A stretch of DNA of 64,000 nucleotides, from positions 124,001 through 188,000 of the forward strand of contig JAXLNO010005151.1 of NCBI GenBank assembly GCA_038087875.1, given 5' to 3'. The position numbers and the translations under genes were made by a program. Each line of letters opens with the position of its first letter. The first letter of the stretch is position 1. The notes beneath the pieces were generated by a model. That model saw only the letters and a list, made by a program, of their open reading frames with translations, did no database searches and was not told the origin of the DNA. Source of the DNA: Malacoraja senta (Eukaryota). Shown here piece after piece: positions 48,398 to 60,600 of this stretch.

Positions 48398-49159
48398 TAA
48401 GCTGTGTCTGCGTTGTCCATGCACACACTCTCAGGGCAGAATTAGTTTAGTTTAGTTTAGAGATACAGCATGGAAACAGGCCTTTCGGCCTACCAAGTTT
48501 GCGAAGACCAATGATCCCTTTACATTGGCACTATCCTACACACACTAGGTACAAATTACAATTTACAAACCAATTAACCTACAAACCTGTACGTCTTTGG
48601 AGTGTGGGAGGAAACTGGAGCACCCGGAGAAAACCCATGCGTTCACCCAACATACAAACTCCGTGTGGACCGCACCCATAGTCAGGATCGAACCCTGGTG
48701 TCTGTTGCTATAAGGCAGCAACTACCGCTGCGCCACCCTGCCGCCCCTAAGTATAGATATAGGGAAAGATACAGCAGCCTGAAAACCGTGACAACCAGAT
48801 TCAAGAATAGTCTCTTCTCAGCAATCATCAGGCTCTTCAACACCACACAAAACTAACTTCAGCATCTATGATCATCTACGGACTGTCTTTGAATGTAATA
48901 TGAATTTAGTTTTTTGCACTATTATGATAGTCCAGTATTACAGTTATTAATTTATTGTTATATTGGTTGTTTTATATTATCTCTGTGTTATTGCAGTTAC
49001 ATGCAGGTGAAGCTGCAGCAAGTCAGAATTTTGTTGTTCTATTGTTGATACATATGACAATTAAACAACTCTTACCTCGCATTTGATTTTGGGTAAAGCT
49101 CACTCCATATTACCCCCACCATACACTCAGGAAAAGTACAAGGAACAAGTACATGTTTA

Positions 49160-50190
49160 AGAAAGAACTGCAGATGCTGGAAAAATCCAAGGTAGACAAA
49201 AATGCTGGAGAAACTCAGCAGTGAGGCAGCATCTATGGAGCAAAGGAATAGGTGACGTTTTGGGTCGAGACCCTTCTTCAGACTGATATGGGGGTGTGGG
49301 GCGGGAAGAAGAAAGGAAGAGGTGGAAATAGTAGGCTGTGGGAGAGCTTCGAAGGGGAGGGGAAGGAGGGAGAAAGCAAAGACTACCTGAAAATGGAGGT
49401 CAATGTTCATACCGCTGGGGTGTAAACTACCCAAGCGAAAAATGATATGCTGCTCCTCCAATTTGCGGAGGGTCTTACTCTGGCCGTGGAGGAGACCCAG
49501 GACAGAAAGGTCGGATTCTGAATGGGAGGGGGAGTTGAAGTGCTGAGCCACTGGGAGATCAGGTTGGTTAATGCGGACTGAGCGGAGGTGTTGGGCGAAG
49601 CGATCGCCAATCCTGCGCTTGGTCTCACCGATGTAGAGCAGTTGACACCTAGAGCAGCGGATGCAATAGATGAGGTTGGAGGAGGGGCAGGTGAACTTCT
49701 GCCTCACTTGGAAAGACTGCTTAGGCCCTTGGATGGAGTCAAGGGGGGAGATAAAGCGACAAGTGTAGCATTTCCTGCGGTTGCAAGTGAAAGTGCCAGG
49801 GGAGGGGAAGGTTAAGGAACGGGGCTTCTTCTCTTCGACTGTAGATGAGGCTCTCAGCAGGGTCTCTTCTATATCTCGTTGCTCCGCTCTCACTCCCCAT
49901 CCCCCCACTCGTGACAAGTCCCCCTTGTCCTCACATTACACCCTACCAGCCGTCACATACAACAGATAATCCTCCGACATATTCGCCACCTCCAACGGGA
50001 TCCCATCACTGGCCACATCTTCTCATCTTCTCCCCTTTCAGCTTTCTGAAGAGACTGCACCCTCTGTAACTCCCTGGTCAATTTGTCCCTTCCCACCCAA
50101 ACCACTCCCTCCCCTGGTACTTTCCCTTGCAACTGCAGGAAATGCTACACTTGTCGCTTTACCTCCCCCCTTAACTCCATCCAAGGACCT
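49160..50190. mobile_element. Penelope-like element with an inverted arrangement (49160-49805 minus, ~49860-50190 plus)
   Basis: ORF 49072-49917: SNLIYCIRCSRCQLLYIGETKRRIGDRFAQHLRSVRINQPDLPVAQHFNSPSHS (GIY-YIG-type). The plus part repeats the same upstream segment in the opposite orientation. Confidence 0.85.
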
Positions 50191-50999
50191 AGGCATGCCA
50201 TGCTATCCAAACAGATTGGATATACCATACACAGATATAATCAATTAAAAGGGGAATAATATCATGCAGCATAACAATCTCAGCATTGTAGCGCATCAGT
50301 TCCAGTGAGAAACACCAATGATCTCGGTGGATAGAGGTAAATCATACTTACCATAACCTACAGAAAAACTGTTCAGTAGCCAGATAACAGAGGGGAAGAA
50401 GCTGTCGCTGAGGCTGGTGGTACGTGCCTTCAATCTTCTGCACCTTCTGCCAAACGGGAGCCAAACTTATCCATGCCTTTCATAATTTTACATACTTCTA
50501 TCAGGGCTCCCCTCAACTAATTGGAGCAGGGAACCAATGTAAGGACAGTTTTGGCAATGATACAAAAATAGATGAAATGGCACGGTTTAATGAGGAAAGT
50601 ATGATTTTACAACAGGATATAGATAGCTTGAGTGATTAGTCAAAACCTGGCTAATGTGTTTAATGTGGGAAACTGTGAGGTCATGCTGAAGATAGACACA
50701 AAATGCTGGAATAACTCAGCGGGACAGGCAGCATCTCTAGATAGAAGGAATGGGTGACGTTTCAGGTCGAGACCCATTTTCGGACTGTAGAACTCTCGTT
50801 GGAGAGAGGAGAACTTCTTCAAAGTAGGCATACCTTGAGGAGATTTCTCAGTGGAGCAGCCAAATTGTGTAGGAAGGAACTGCAAATGCTGCTTCACACT
50901 GAAGGTAGACACAAAATGCTGGAGTAACTTAGCAGGACAAGCAGCATCTCTAGGTAGAATTGGTGATGTTTCGAGTCATGCTCTTTGGCATAAGGAATC

Positions 51000-51530
51000 A
51001 AGTCAGCTTGCCCCAATCAGTATCAATGGTGCCAAAGTAGAAATGGTTGAGAGCTTAAAATTCTTTGGTGTAAATATTACCAACGAACCTTGATGGACCA
51101 ACCACATTGAAGGGACAGCCAAGAAGGCACACCAATGCCTGCATTTCCTCAGACGACTGAGGAAATTTGGTATGTGTCCAATGACTCTTACCAACTTCCA
51201 TAGATGCACCATAGAAAGCATACTATCAGGTTACATCACAGCTTGTTTTCAGAATAGCTTTGCCCAAGACCACAAGGTATTGCAGAGAGGTGTAGATGTA
51301 GCACAGTCCATCACACAGACCAGACTGCCCATCGTTGTCTCCATTTACACTTCCTGCCTCTTCAGGAAGACAGCCAACATAGTCAAAGACCTTTCTCACA
51401 CTAGTGATTCCTTTTTTCTCCACTTCCATCAGGCAGAAGATGCAGAGCTTAAAGGTGTAGAGCACCAGACACAGGAACAGCTTCTTCTCCTCTGTTATCA
51501 GGCTTTTGAATGTTCCATGTGCTAGGACCC
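51000..51530 (+). mobile_element. Rex1/Babar-like LINE RT C-terminal fragment
   Basis: VEMVESLKFFGVNIT..KKAHQCLHFLRRLRKFG..LTNFHRCTIESILSGYITACF. Related fragments at about 16390-16900 (-), 45260-45490, 48770-48860 and 58800-59040. Confidence 0.7.
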
Positions 51531-54500
51531 ATTCCCAATTCTCCTTTACCTCAATATGGCCATTGGATTTTGTCTCTGGAACTGTTGTACAATAATGTTG
51601 AGAGCTATATTCTTCACTCTGTATCTTATCCTTCAGTCTGCCTATTGTACTTGCGTTTGGCTTGATAGTATTTATGTATACAACAGCAAACACAATGCTT
51701 TTCACCGTACCTTGGTACACATCACAATAACAAACCTCAAGCTAAACCTTAAATGGTGGATTATTGTCTAAATGGAGAGAGACTGTAACTGAGTGAAGTT
51801 CAGATGGGATCTTGGTATTCAAGTGCATGCATCAAATTAAGTTAGTAGCAGGCCCAGTAACCAATGGAAAAAATGCAGTCTTTACTGCAAAGGGGATGGA
51901 ATTTAAGAACAGGGAAGTTATATTGGAATTATGCAGGATGATAGTGAGTCAATAACTGGAAAACCGCACACAGTTTAACATTAAATAGGGTATAGGAGCA
52001 TTGGATGCAGACCAGGTGAAATTCACCAAACTAAGTCAAGAGATGAAAAGGTTGTCCCATCAAGAGCGGTAAACACTTTAGGTCTGCATTCCTTGGAGTG
52101 TAGAAAGTGATGAGTGACCTTATTCACACATGCAATATCTTAAGGGGCTTTTCATGATAGATGTTGAGATGTTTCACTGGTGGGAAAGTCTAAAAACAAT
52201 GGGAAACAACTACAGAATAAGGGACCAGTTGTTTAAAAGTGAGGTACATAAAAATGACTTCTTTCAGAACGGTGTGAATCGCTGGAATTCTGTGCCCAGA
52301 GGTGGTGGTGGCTAAGGCATTAGATATGCTTATGAACAGATAGAGAAATCTTTGAAAGATTCAGGCAATTGACGGTTTTGGGGTAAAGGAACAGAGGAGT
52401 AGTCCACTTCTGCTATTTTTACTTGTGTTGTGGACGATTACCCTCATGAATAAAGTTAGAACTTGCAACCAACATTTCAATCAGAGGGGCACAGCAGTGG
52501 AGTTACTTCCTTGCAGTACCTGTGACTCCGGTTTGATCCTGACTAAGGGTGCTGTCTGTACCAACTTTGTATGTTCTCTCTGTGACTGCATGGGTTTTCC
52601 CTGGTGCTTTCGTTTCCTCCCAGTTCCAAAGACCTGCAGGTTTATAGGTTAATTGGCATCTGTAAATTGTCCTATGTGTATAGGATAGAACTGTGTAGGC
52701 AGCATGGTGACGCAAAGGGGTGGCACGGAGTAGCAGCGGTAGAGTTGCTACAGTGGCAGAGACCCAGGTTTGATCTTGACCATGGGTGCTGTCTGTATGG
52801 ATTTTTTACGTTCTCCCTGTGACCTGTGTGGGTTTTCTCTGGGGCTTCCAGCTTCCTCCCACACTCCAAAGACATGCAGGTTTGCAGGTTAATTGCCCCA
52901 GGTGTGTGTAGGATAGTGTTAGTGTGGGGGGATCACTGGTCAGCATAGACTCAGTGGGCCTAAGGGCCTGTTTCAAGGCTGTACCTCTAAACCAAACTAA
53001 TCTAAGGAGCTGAGGCCAACTGAACAGTGATCATTTTATTGAATGGTGGGACAAGTTTGGTGACTATTCTCAGGGGCTGATAGCCTACTACTGTTCTATT
53101 TCCTCCTGTTCTTGATAGTTCCCCTCATGGAGGAAACTAGACCTTGGAGGCCAAGGTTTCAAACTGAGGAGAAAATTGTTTTATTTTTCTCCCAGATGAT
53201 AACGAATCATGGGAATTTTCAACTACAGATTGTAGATTCATTACGTTACTGAGAAGGATGGATTTGTTTCTTTGGGAAGTTGTTGGTTACTGGCTACAGA
53301 CTCTTCTGGTCATGAGTAGATCAGTCATGACCTAATTGAGCTGCAGAACAGACTTTACTCATGGCCAACAAGTACTTCATTTTTCTTGTGATCTCTACAA
53401 TTACCCACTACAATCATTGCACTCTTACTTGTTTATGATTGCACTCACGTATGGTGTATTATGACTGGATAGCATGCAAAACATGGTATTTCACCGTATT
53501 TTTGTACACATTACAATAATAAACTCAACTTTAGGGAGAAGGGAGCAGAATAATGTGGCCTCTATCAGTGGTTGAGTAATATGGACTAAAACATTGGTTT
53601 GGACTAATTCTGCCAGTGGCTTGTGGGCCTATTCCTGCTTCTCCTTTCTTGTGTTCATGTATTTGATGTCTCTTGCTTACTGTGGTCACTGCTGTGAGTT
53701 ATAACTCCAGTAACATAAGCAAATTAGTTCAGCACTATCCGAGCAAAATTAAAAGCATTTTTAAAAATGCAGACTTAAATCTGATGTAGTGAGGGAGAAA
53801 CACAGACATCTTTGGGTTGATTGAAATGATTTTGGTTAAGAGCTGAAAATTAAAATGAATAGAAATTAACATTTTGACTTTAGACTTCAGAGGTACATCA
53901 CGGAAGCAGGCCCTTCGGCCCACCGAGTCCTCGCTAACTCCCCGTACAATAGTACTATACCACGACAGGTGACAATTTACAATTTTACCAAAGCAAATTA
54001 ACCTAAAAACATGTACTTCTTTGAGATGTGGGAGGAAACTGGAGCACCCAGAGAAAAACAATGCAGTCACGCATGGAGATGCAGGGAGAATGTACAAACA
54101 CCGTACAGACAGCACCGTTAGTCAGAATCGACCTGAGTCTCTGCTGCTATAGGCAGCAACTCTACCGTTGCAACACTGAGGATATCTTGAATTACAAAAG
54201 CAATATTTTGGGCTCATCACCAACCATACCAGCACCTGCATTCTTTATATGGTACATTGATATGGAGTTTATTGCATTGAAACAGGCCCACAAGCCTGCC
54301 CTGTTGTTCAATACAATCCCTCAGTCATTCCTGATCTGGTTTGATTAGGATGCAAATAAAAGCTTTTCACTATATCACAATACAAGTGACAATAATAAAC
54401 CAATACCAATGCTATTGTGTAAGTTCTCCCCATATCGGATATAGATCCTTGATAAATTTGTAGACACCATCGCCGTCTATATCCACCACCATTTGCTCCA

Positions 54501-55699
54501 CAGTTTCAATGTCCAAACTAGCTTCCAATATAACTGTTTTACAGAATTCCATTTTGAGTTGAAAGATACAACATGGAAACAGGCCCTTCAGCCCACCATG
54601 CTGACCACCGGTCACCCCTTCACACTAGTTCAATGTTTTCCCACTTTTTTGTCCAATCCCCACACACACTAGGGGAAATTTACAGATGTCAATTAACTGA
54701 CAAACCCACACACCTGTGGAATGTGGGAGAAAACCAGAGCACCCGGGAAGAACCCAGATGGTCACAGGAAGAAGGAACAAAATCTATACAGTAGCTAGAC
54801 AAAAATGCTGGAGAAACTCAGGGGGTGAGGCAGCATCTATGGAGCGAAGGAATAGTTTTGGGTCAAGACCCTTCTTGGAGGGTCTCGACCGGAAACGTCG
54901 CCTATTCCTTTGCTCCATAGATGCTGCCTCACCCGCTGAGTTTCTCCAGCATTTTTGTCTACCTTCGATTTTTCCAGCATCTGCAGTTCTTTCTTAAAGA
55001 AAATCTACACAGACAATACCAGAGGTCAGGATCTAACGCTGGTCTCTGGTGCTGTGAGGCAGCAGCTCTACCTGCTGTGTACAGTGTTTGGTTTCCTCCT
55101 TTTTGTTCTGCATTGTAATGATTCAAGTCAGGATAGGCATTGGATTTATGGGTCTCCTGAATCATAACATAAGGAGCAGTTAGCAGCATAAGAATGGAGT
55201 TATCTGAAACGTAATTACAGTTCCAGCAACTACGCCCTGCCTTTCCATACCATTTGCTATAGAGTGCGATAAAACCAAAGTGCTGGAGTAACTCAGCAGG
55301 TCGGGCAACATCTCTGGAGGACATTGACAGGCGCTGTTTCAGATTGGGACCCTACTTCAGACTGACAATAGTCACCTATCCTTTTTCTCCAAAGATGCTG
55401 CTCGACCCGTTGAGTTACTCCAGCGCTTTGTGTCTATCGTCACCTATCTATGCCCTCTGGAGTTGCCACCTGACCTGTTGAGTTACACCAGCACTTTGGG
55501 TCTTTTGTTGTTGTAAATCAGCATCAGCTCCTCCTCGTGTCTCCATTACAGTCAATTGTTTCCTGCTGGTTCAATGACATCGCTCGACAACTGGTGTTGA
55601 CCCGTGGTATTTTGATTCTGATTGCATGATGAGATCCTGCTTTGATGTTGGTGAAGTTTGGCTCAGTTGCTGCTGTTGATGTGAGAGGTTGTGCGTGAA

Positions 55700-55751
55700 A
55701 TGATTCTGTTCATCTTGTTGAGTTTCTTCCGCGTACAAGGGGCTCAAGCAG
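55700..55751 (+). CDS. Candidate leader exon of a second gene (MILFILLSFFRVQGAQA), probably another class I paralog
   Basis: ATG plus 17 codons plus 1 nt, strong donor CAG|GTAAGT at 55752, signal-peptide-like with an AQA cleavage site. Same length and phase as the leader at 11978; lies in non-repeat sequence. Confidence 0.55.
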
Positions 55752-56019
55752 GTAAGTTAATGATTCTCATTTTATTCACTACTGGCTAAAAGCGTCTTGG
55801 CTTTATCTCAATCTTGACCGGAGGCGACTGAGTTTAAAAAAGCGCGCAATACACATTCAGTCTGATTCATGGTTCATGCGGACGGACGTTAAAAGGGTTT
55901 AATCTCCACTGTTTCAGTACAATCCAGACTGGAATTTCTGCTTTGATTTGCACAATGCCCCGTTTCCTTTGTGGAAGAAGGAACTACAGATATTGGTTTA
56001 AACTGATTTTAACTCGTGT

Positions 56020-56960
56020 AAAACAAACAGGAGCGAGGCATTCACTAGGGTTTCCTCGCTGCTCCGCTCTTGCTCTCCCTTCCCCCCACATTCGTAACAA
56101 GGACAGAGTCCCCCTTGTCCTCACCTTCCACCCCATCAGCCGTCGCACAGCATATGATCCTCCATCATTTTTTGCCACCTCCAACAGGATCCCAATACTG
56201 GCCACATCTTCCCATCTCCACCTCTTTCTGCTTTCCGTGGAGACCATTCCCTCCGAAATTCCCTGGTCAACTCGTCCTTTTCCACCCAAACCACCCCCTC
56301 CCCAGGTACTTTCCCCTGCAACCGCAGGAGATGCAACACGTGTCCCTTTCCCTCCCTTCTCGACTCCATCCAAGGACCCAAACAGTCTTTCCAGGTGAGG
56401 CAGAGGTTCACTTGCACCTCCTCCAACCTCATCTACTGTATCTGCAGTTGCAGGTGTCAACTTCTCTACATCAGTGAGGCCAAGCACAGGCTCGGCAATG
56501 ATTTCACTGAACTACTCCGCTCTGTCCATCTTAACCTACCTGATCTCCTGGTTGCTCAGCACTTCAACTTCCCCTCCCATTCACAATCTGACCTTTCTGT
56601 CCTGGGCCTCCTCCATTGTCAGGGTGAGGCCCAGTGCAAATTGGAGGAATAGCACCTCATATTTCACTTGGGTAGTTTACACCCCAGCGGTATGAACATT
56701 GACTTCTCTAACTTTAAGTTGCCCTTGCTTTCCCTCTCTATCCCCTCCCCCTTCCCAGTTCTTCCACTAGTCTTAGTGTCTTCAACTACATTCTATCTTT
56801 GTCCCGTCAACTCCCCTGACATCAGTCTGAAGAAGGGTCTCGACCCGATAGGTCGCCCATTCCTTCTCTCCAGAGATGCTGCTGGCCTGCTGAGTTACTC
56901 CAGCATTTTGTGTCTACCTTCGAGTTAAACCAGCATCTGCAGTTCTATCCTACACAAAGT
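56020..56960 (+). mobile_element. Penelope-like element 3' ~0.9 kb (GIY-YIG region, hammerhead-like motif at 56827-56854)
   Basis: FTCTSSNLIYCICSCRCQLLYISEAKHRLGNDFTELLRSV..VAQHFNFPSHS. Confidence 0.85.
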
Positions 56961-57189
56961 GCATTGTTTGACAGGTTCAAGTTTATGGCCAAATTCCTCG
57001 TATGTTGCAAAACATACTTGGCGAATAAAGTGTGATTCTGATTCTGATTGATCTGATTCTGAAATGTGGGAAGAGAGCGAGGCACTAGTACAATGCAAAA
57101 TCATTAAAAGATTAGCACACACTGTGGATTTTGCTATTGACTGAGTGACAACGCTTAGCTCCAAACGTGCGGTCGTCACGTTTATGTTG

Positions 57190-57670
57190 TTTAGTAGTGA
57201 TGTGGCCAAGTTTGCAGATGATGCTAAAATAGGTGGAGGGGCAGGCAGTGTAGAGGATGCAAGGACTTTGCAGAAGGACTTGTTCGGGTTAGGAGAGTGG
57301 GCAGAGAAGTGGCAGATGAAATCCAGTATAGCAAAGTGTGGAGACATGCATTTTGGTAATAAGAATAAAGGCGTAGATTATTTTACAAATGGAGAGAGAA
57401 TCCAGAAATCGGAGGCACACAGTGACATGGGAGTGTTGGTGCAGGACTCCTAAAAGGTTAATTTGCAAATTGAATCGGTAGTCAGGAAGGTGATTTATAT
57501 CAAGAGGACTGGAATACAAAAACAGAAAATGCTGCCCGATTTGTAAGAGTGTCAAAGGTCACAGGGAGATGACAGGAGAACGGCACTGAGAGGTAACGAT
57601 AGGTCAGCCATGATTAAATTGTGGAGTAAACTCGATGGGCTGAACAACCAAATTCTGCACCTTTGACTTA
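57190..57670 (+). mobile_element. CR1-clade RT fragment
   Basis: VAKFADDAKIGG..LQKDLFGLGEWAEKWQM..KCGDMHFG. Confidence 0.8.
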
Positions 57671-60600
57671 TGAAGTGAGTCAAAGTTCAGAACATGAGGG
57701 ATGATCTTTTTATTTCTCCCCAGACTGGTGTGTCTGGAACCAAAATTCACAGTTTAAAAATAAGGCTTCAGACATTCTTATGGCACCAAAACATGGTGAC
57801 ACTTGTGTATTGCCTAGGTTAGGTCTGCTATATGATTTTACCGTTGTATGCGAAACAAAGTATTTCACTGTACCTAGGTGCATGTGACAATAAAATATCA
57901 TTGAATCGTTGAATTCAGTGCAGTAATGAGATGAAATCTTTTCACCCAGAGGGTAATTAGTCTTTCAAATTCTCTGTCCAAGAAGGCTGTGGGCATTCAG
58001 TCAATCAGATGGAAGATGCTTGGATACAAAAGGAATCCAGAATTCGGAAAAATGGTTGTCTGCTGGAGGATCGGTTATGATCTTATAGAATATCAGAGAT
58101 TGGGAACAAAGGATGAATGGCAACATTTTGCTGATGTTAGGTTTGATCCCACTCCACAAGAGAATCCAGAAGGAAAGAGAGTATAGAGTGTTCAATTGTC
58201 ATATGTGCTGACTACAAAACAATGAAATTCTTGTAGCAGCTTAGCAGACCTGTAAGACAATACAAATAGATAACATACTAAAAATCCAGTTAATTGATAA
58301 TCCCAATACATGTGCAAAAACACCTCGAATGCTTAGTTTAACCAAAGACAGTCCATAGGTCTACAGGGTCCGACTCGACACATTACCTATCCATGCTGCC
58401 TGATCTGCTGAGTTACTCCAACACTTTATTTTGTTCATTAATCATAGCTGAGTTTAGTGTCGTTCAGGGTTCAATATACGGGAAGATTTTAATGATCACA
58501 TTCCAGCACGCATCTCTAGAGCCAAACAAAACAATGACATTCTCCTTTGATGGTAATAATCTAATTTGGTGAAAGGGGAAACAGGCTTAGATATAAAGAA
58601 TAACATTTATAGCAGTTCCAATGTAGGAAAATGCTTCAATGAGATTCGTAAGAATATTATTCTGTAACATTTTACTTCGAGCAGTATAATGGCATGACAT
58701 GACAATTAGCAAAATAAACATTTAAGGTGCATCTTAAAGGAAGGGATATTTAGAGAGCAATTCTATTACTTAGGCCTGCTCTTCAGATGAAATACTTAAA
58801 TTTGTGAATAATCAGGAAGTTATACTGCCCGGTTCATCGTGGGTTCTGACCTCACCACCATCTAAGGGATCCACACGAGACGCTGCCTCAAAAAGGAAGG
58901 CAACATCATCCCCCTGGCCACGCTTTCATTACCTCCCACCATGGGGAAGAAAGTATAGGTGTCTGAAAACCATGACAACCAGGTTCAAGAATAGCTTCTT
59001 CCCAACAACTATCACGCACTTGAACAATACACAACGCTAACCTCAACTGTGAAATTGTATGGACTGTATGCATGCCAAGGGAGGAGCTGCGTAGGAAGGA
59101 ACTGCAGATGCTGGTTTAAACCGAAGATAGACACAAAATGCTGGAGTAACTCAGCGGGTCCGACAGCGACTCTGGAGAAAAGGAATAGGTAGCGTTTCAG
59201 GTTGAGACCATTCTTCAGACTGATAGTCAGGGGAAAGGGAAACGAGAGATACAGGCGGTGATATAGAGATATATAAGAACAAATGATTGAAAGATATGCT
59301 TTGAATGAAAGAGCTGTTGGTCTTAGATATTGAAATACAATGATCAGAGTTTAAAATCTGAATATTTTTCAATCAGAAAGATGATGGGTGAATGGGATGG
59401 AGCAAGTTAGCACAATGATGACAAAGTTTGAAGAAGGGCCTCAATCTGATACATCACCCATTCCTATTCTCCAGAGATGCTGCCTGACCCACTGAGTTAT
59501 TCCAGCATTTTGTGTCTATCGCTAAGTGCTGGAGTAACTCAGCTGGTCAGGCAGCATCTCCGGAGAACGTGGCTAGATGACGTTTAGGGTAAACACCCTT
59601 CCACAGAGTGAAGAAGGGGTCTTGACCCGAAACATCTATCCATCATCACATATCCGTGATCTCCAGGGATGCTGCCGGACCCACTAAGGTGCTCCAGCAC
59701 TTTGTGTCTCTTCGTGAACCAACATTTGTAGTTCCTTGTTTCTACAATGTAAATTGACTGTCATTTGTAGGTAAGTGATAGAATCTGGAGAGAGATGATG
59801 GGAATTTGCAGAGAATAAGAATGAGTTGGTCAAGAGCAAGAGTTTAATTGTCATCTGTACTGGCAATGGAACAATGACATTCTTATACACATATTAAATA
59901 TACAACAATCAATGGTAAAATAAATTACTATTAGTTATACTAGGTAACCAGACCATAACAGTGGAAAAACAAACGTCCTTACTGCAACCAAAATAAAGTC
60001 CATCACAGATCAGAGTTGTTGAGGTAAGGTTGTGGTTCGTGTTGTGCAGTGTTTAAATGCCTGCTGCTCATGAGAAAAAAGCTGCTCTTAAACCTGGAGC
60101 TAACAGTTCTCAGGCTCTCTAACCTCAGAGACAGTTGATTGGTTCAACGGTATTTTATTTGTGGCAAGTACCGAGGTACAGTGAAATTCATTATTGTATA
60201 CAGTTTAGTACAAGTATCACTATATATAAGCCCTTAGATACATCTTAGATAAGCATCTCAGATACAGTATAAGTGTATAGCAGTAGTAAGCTGAGACAGT
60301 ATACAGTGTCGCCAGTTTATGGTGCCATTTTCACGTCCCAGTTGTTGTAAGTGAGGGTTCTTGGGTTGACCATGAGGCCCATTGTCCTGGTGTTGTTGCA
60401 GGGTTGACCTGTCCAATCGAAGCTGTGGTGTCCTCTACTGCTGCAGGGCGCAACTGGTCCATGTGCCCGGCCTCTTGGAGCAGCACCTGGAACAGCCGAG
60501 CCCCAGGCTGCTGCAGGGCCTCCAGCACCCACACCACTGTTGAGGCAGTCCATTCCCTCCCGCAGCCTGTCTGCCTATAAGCCATCCATCTGACTCCTTC

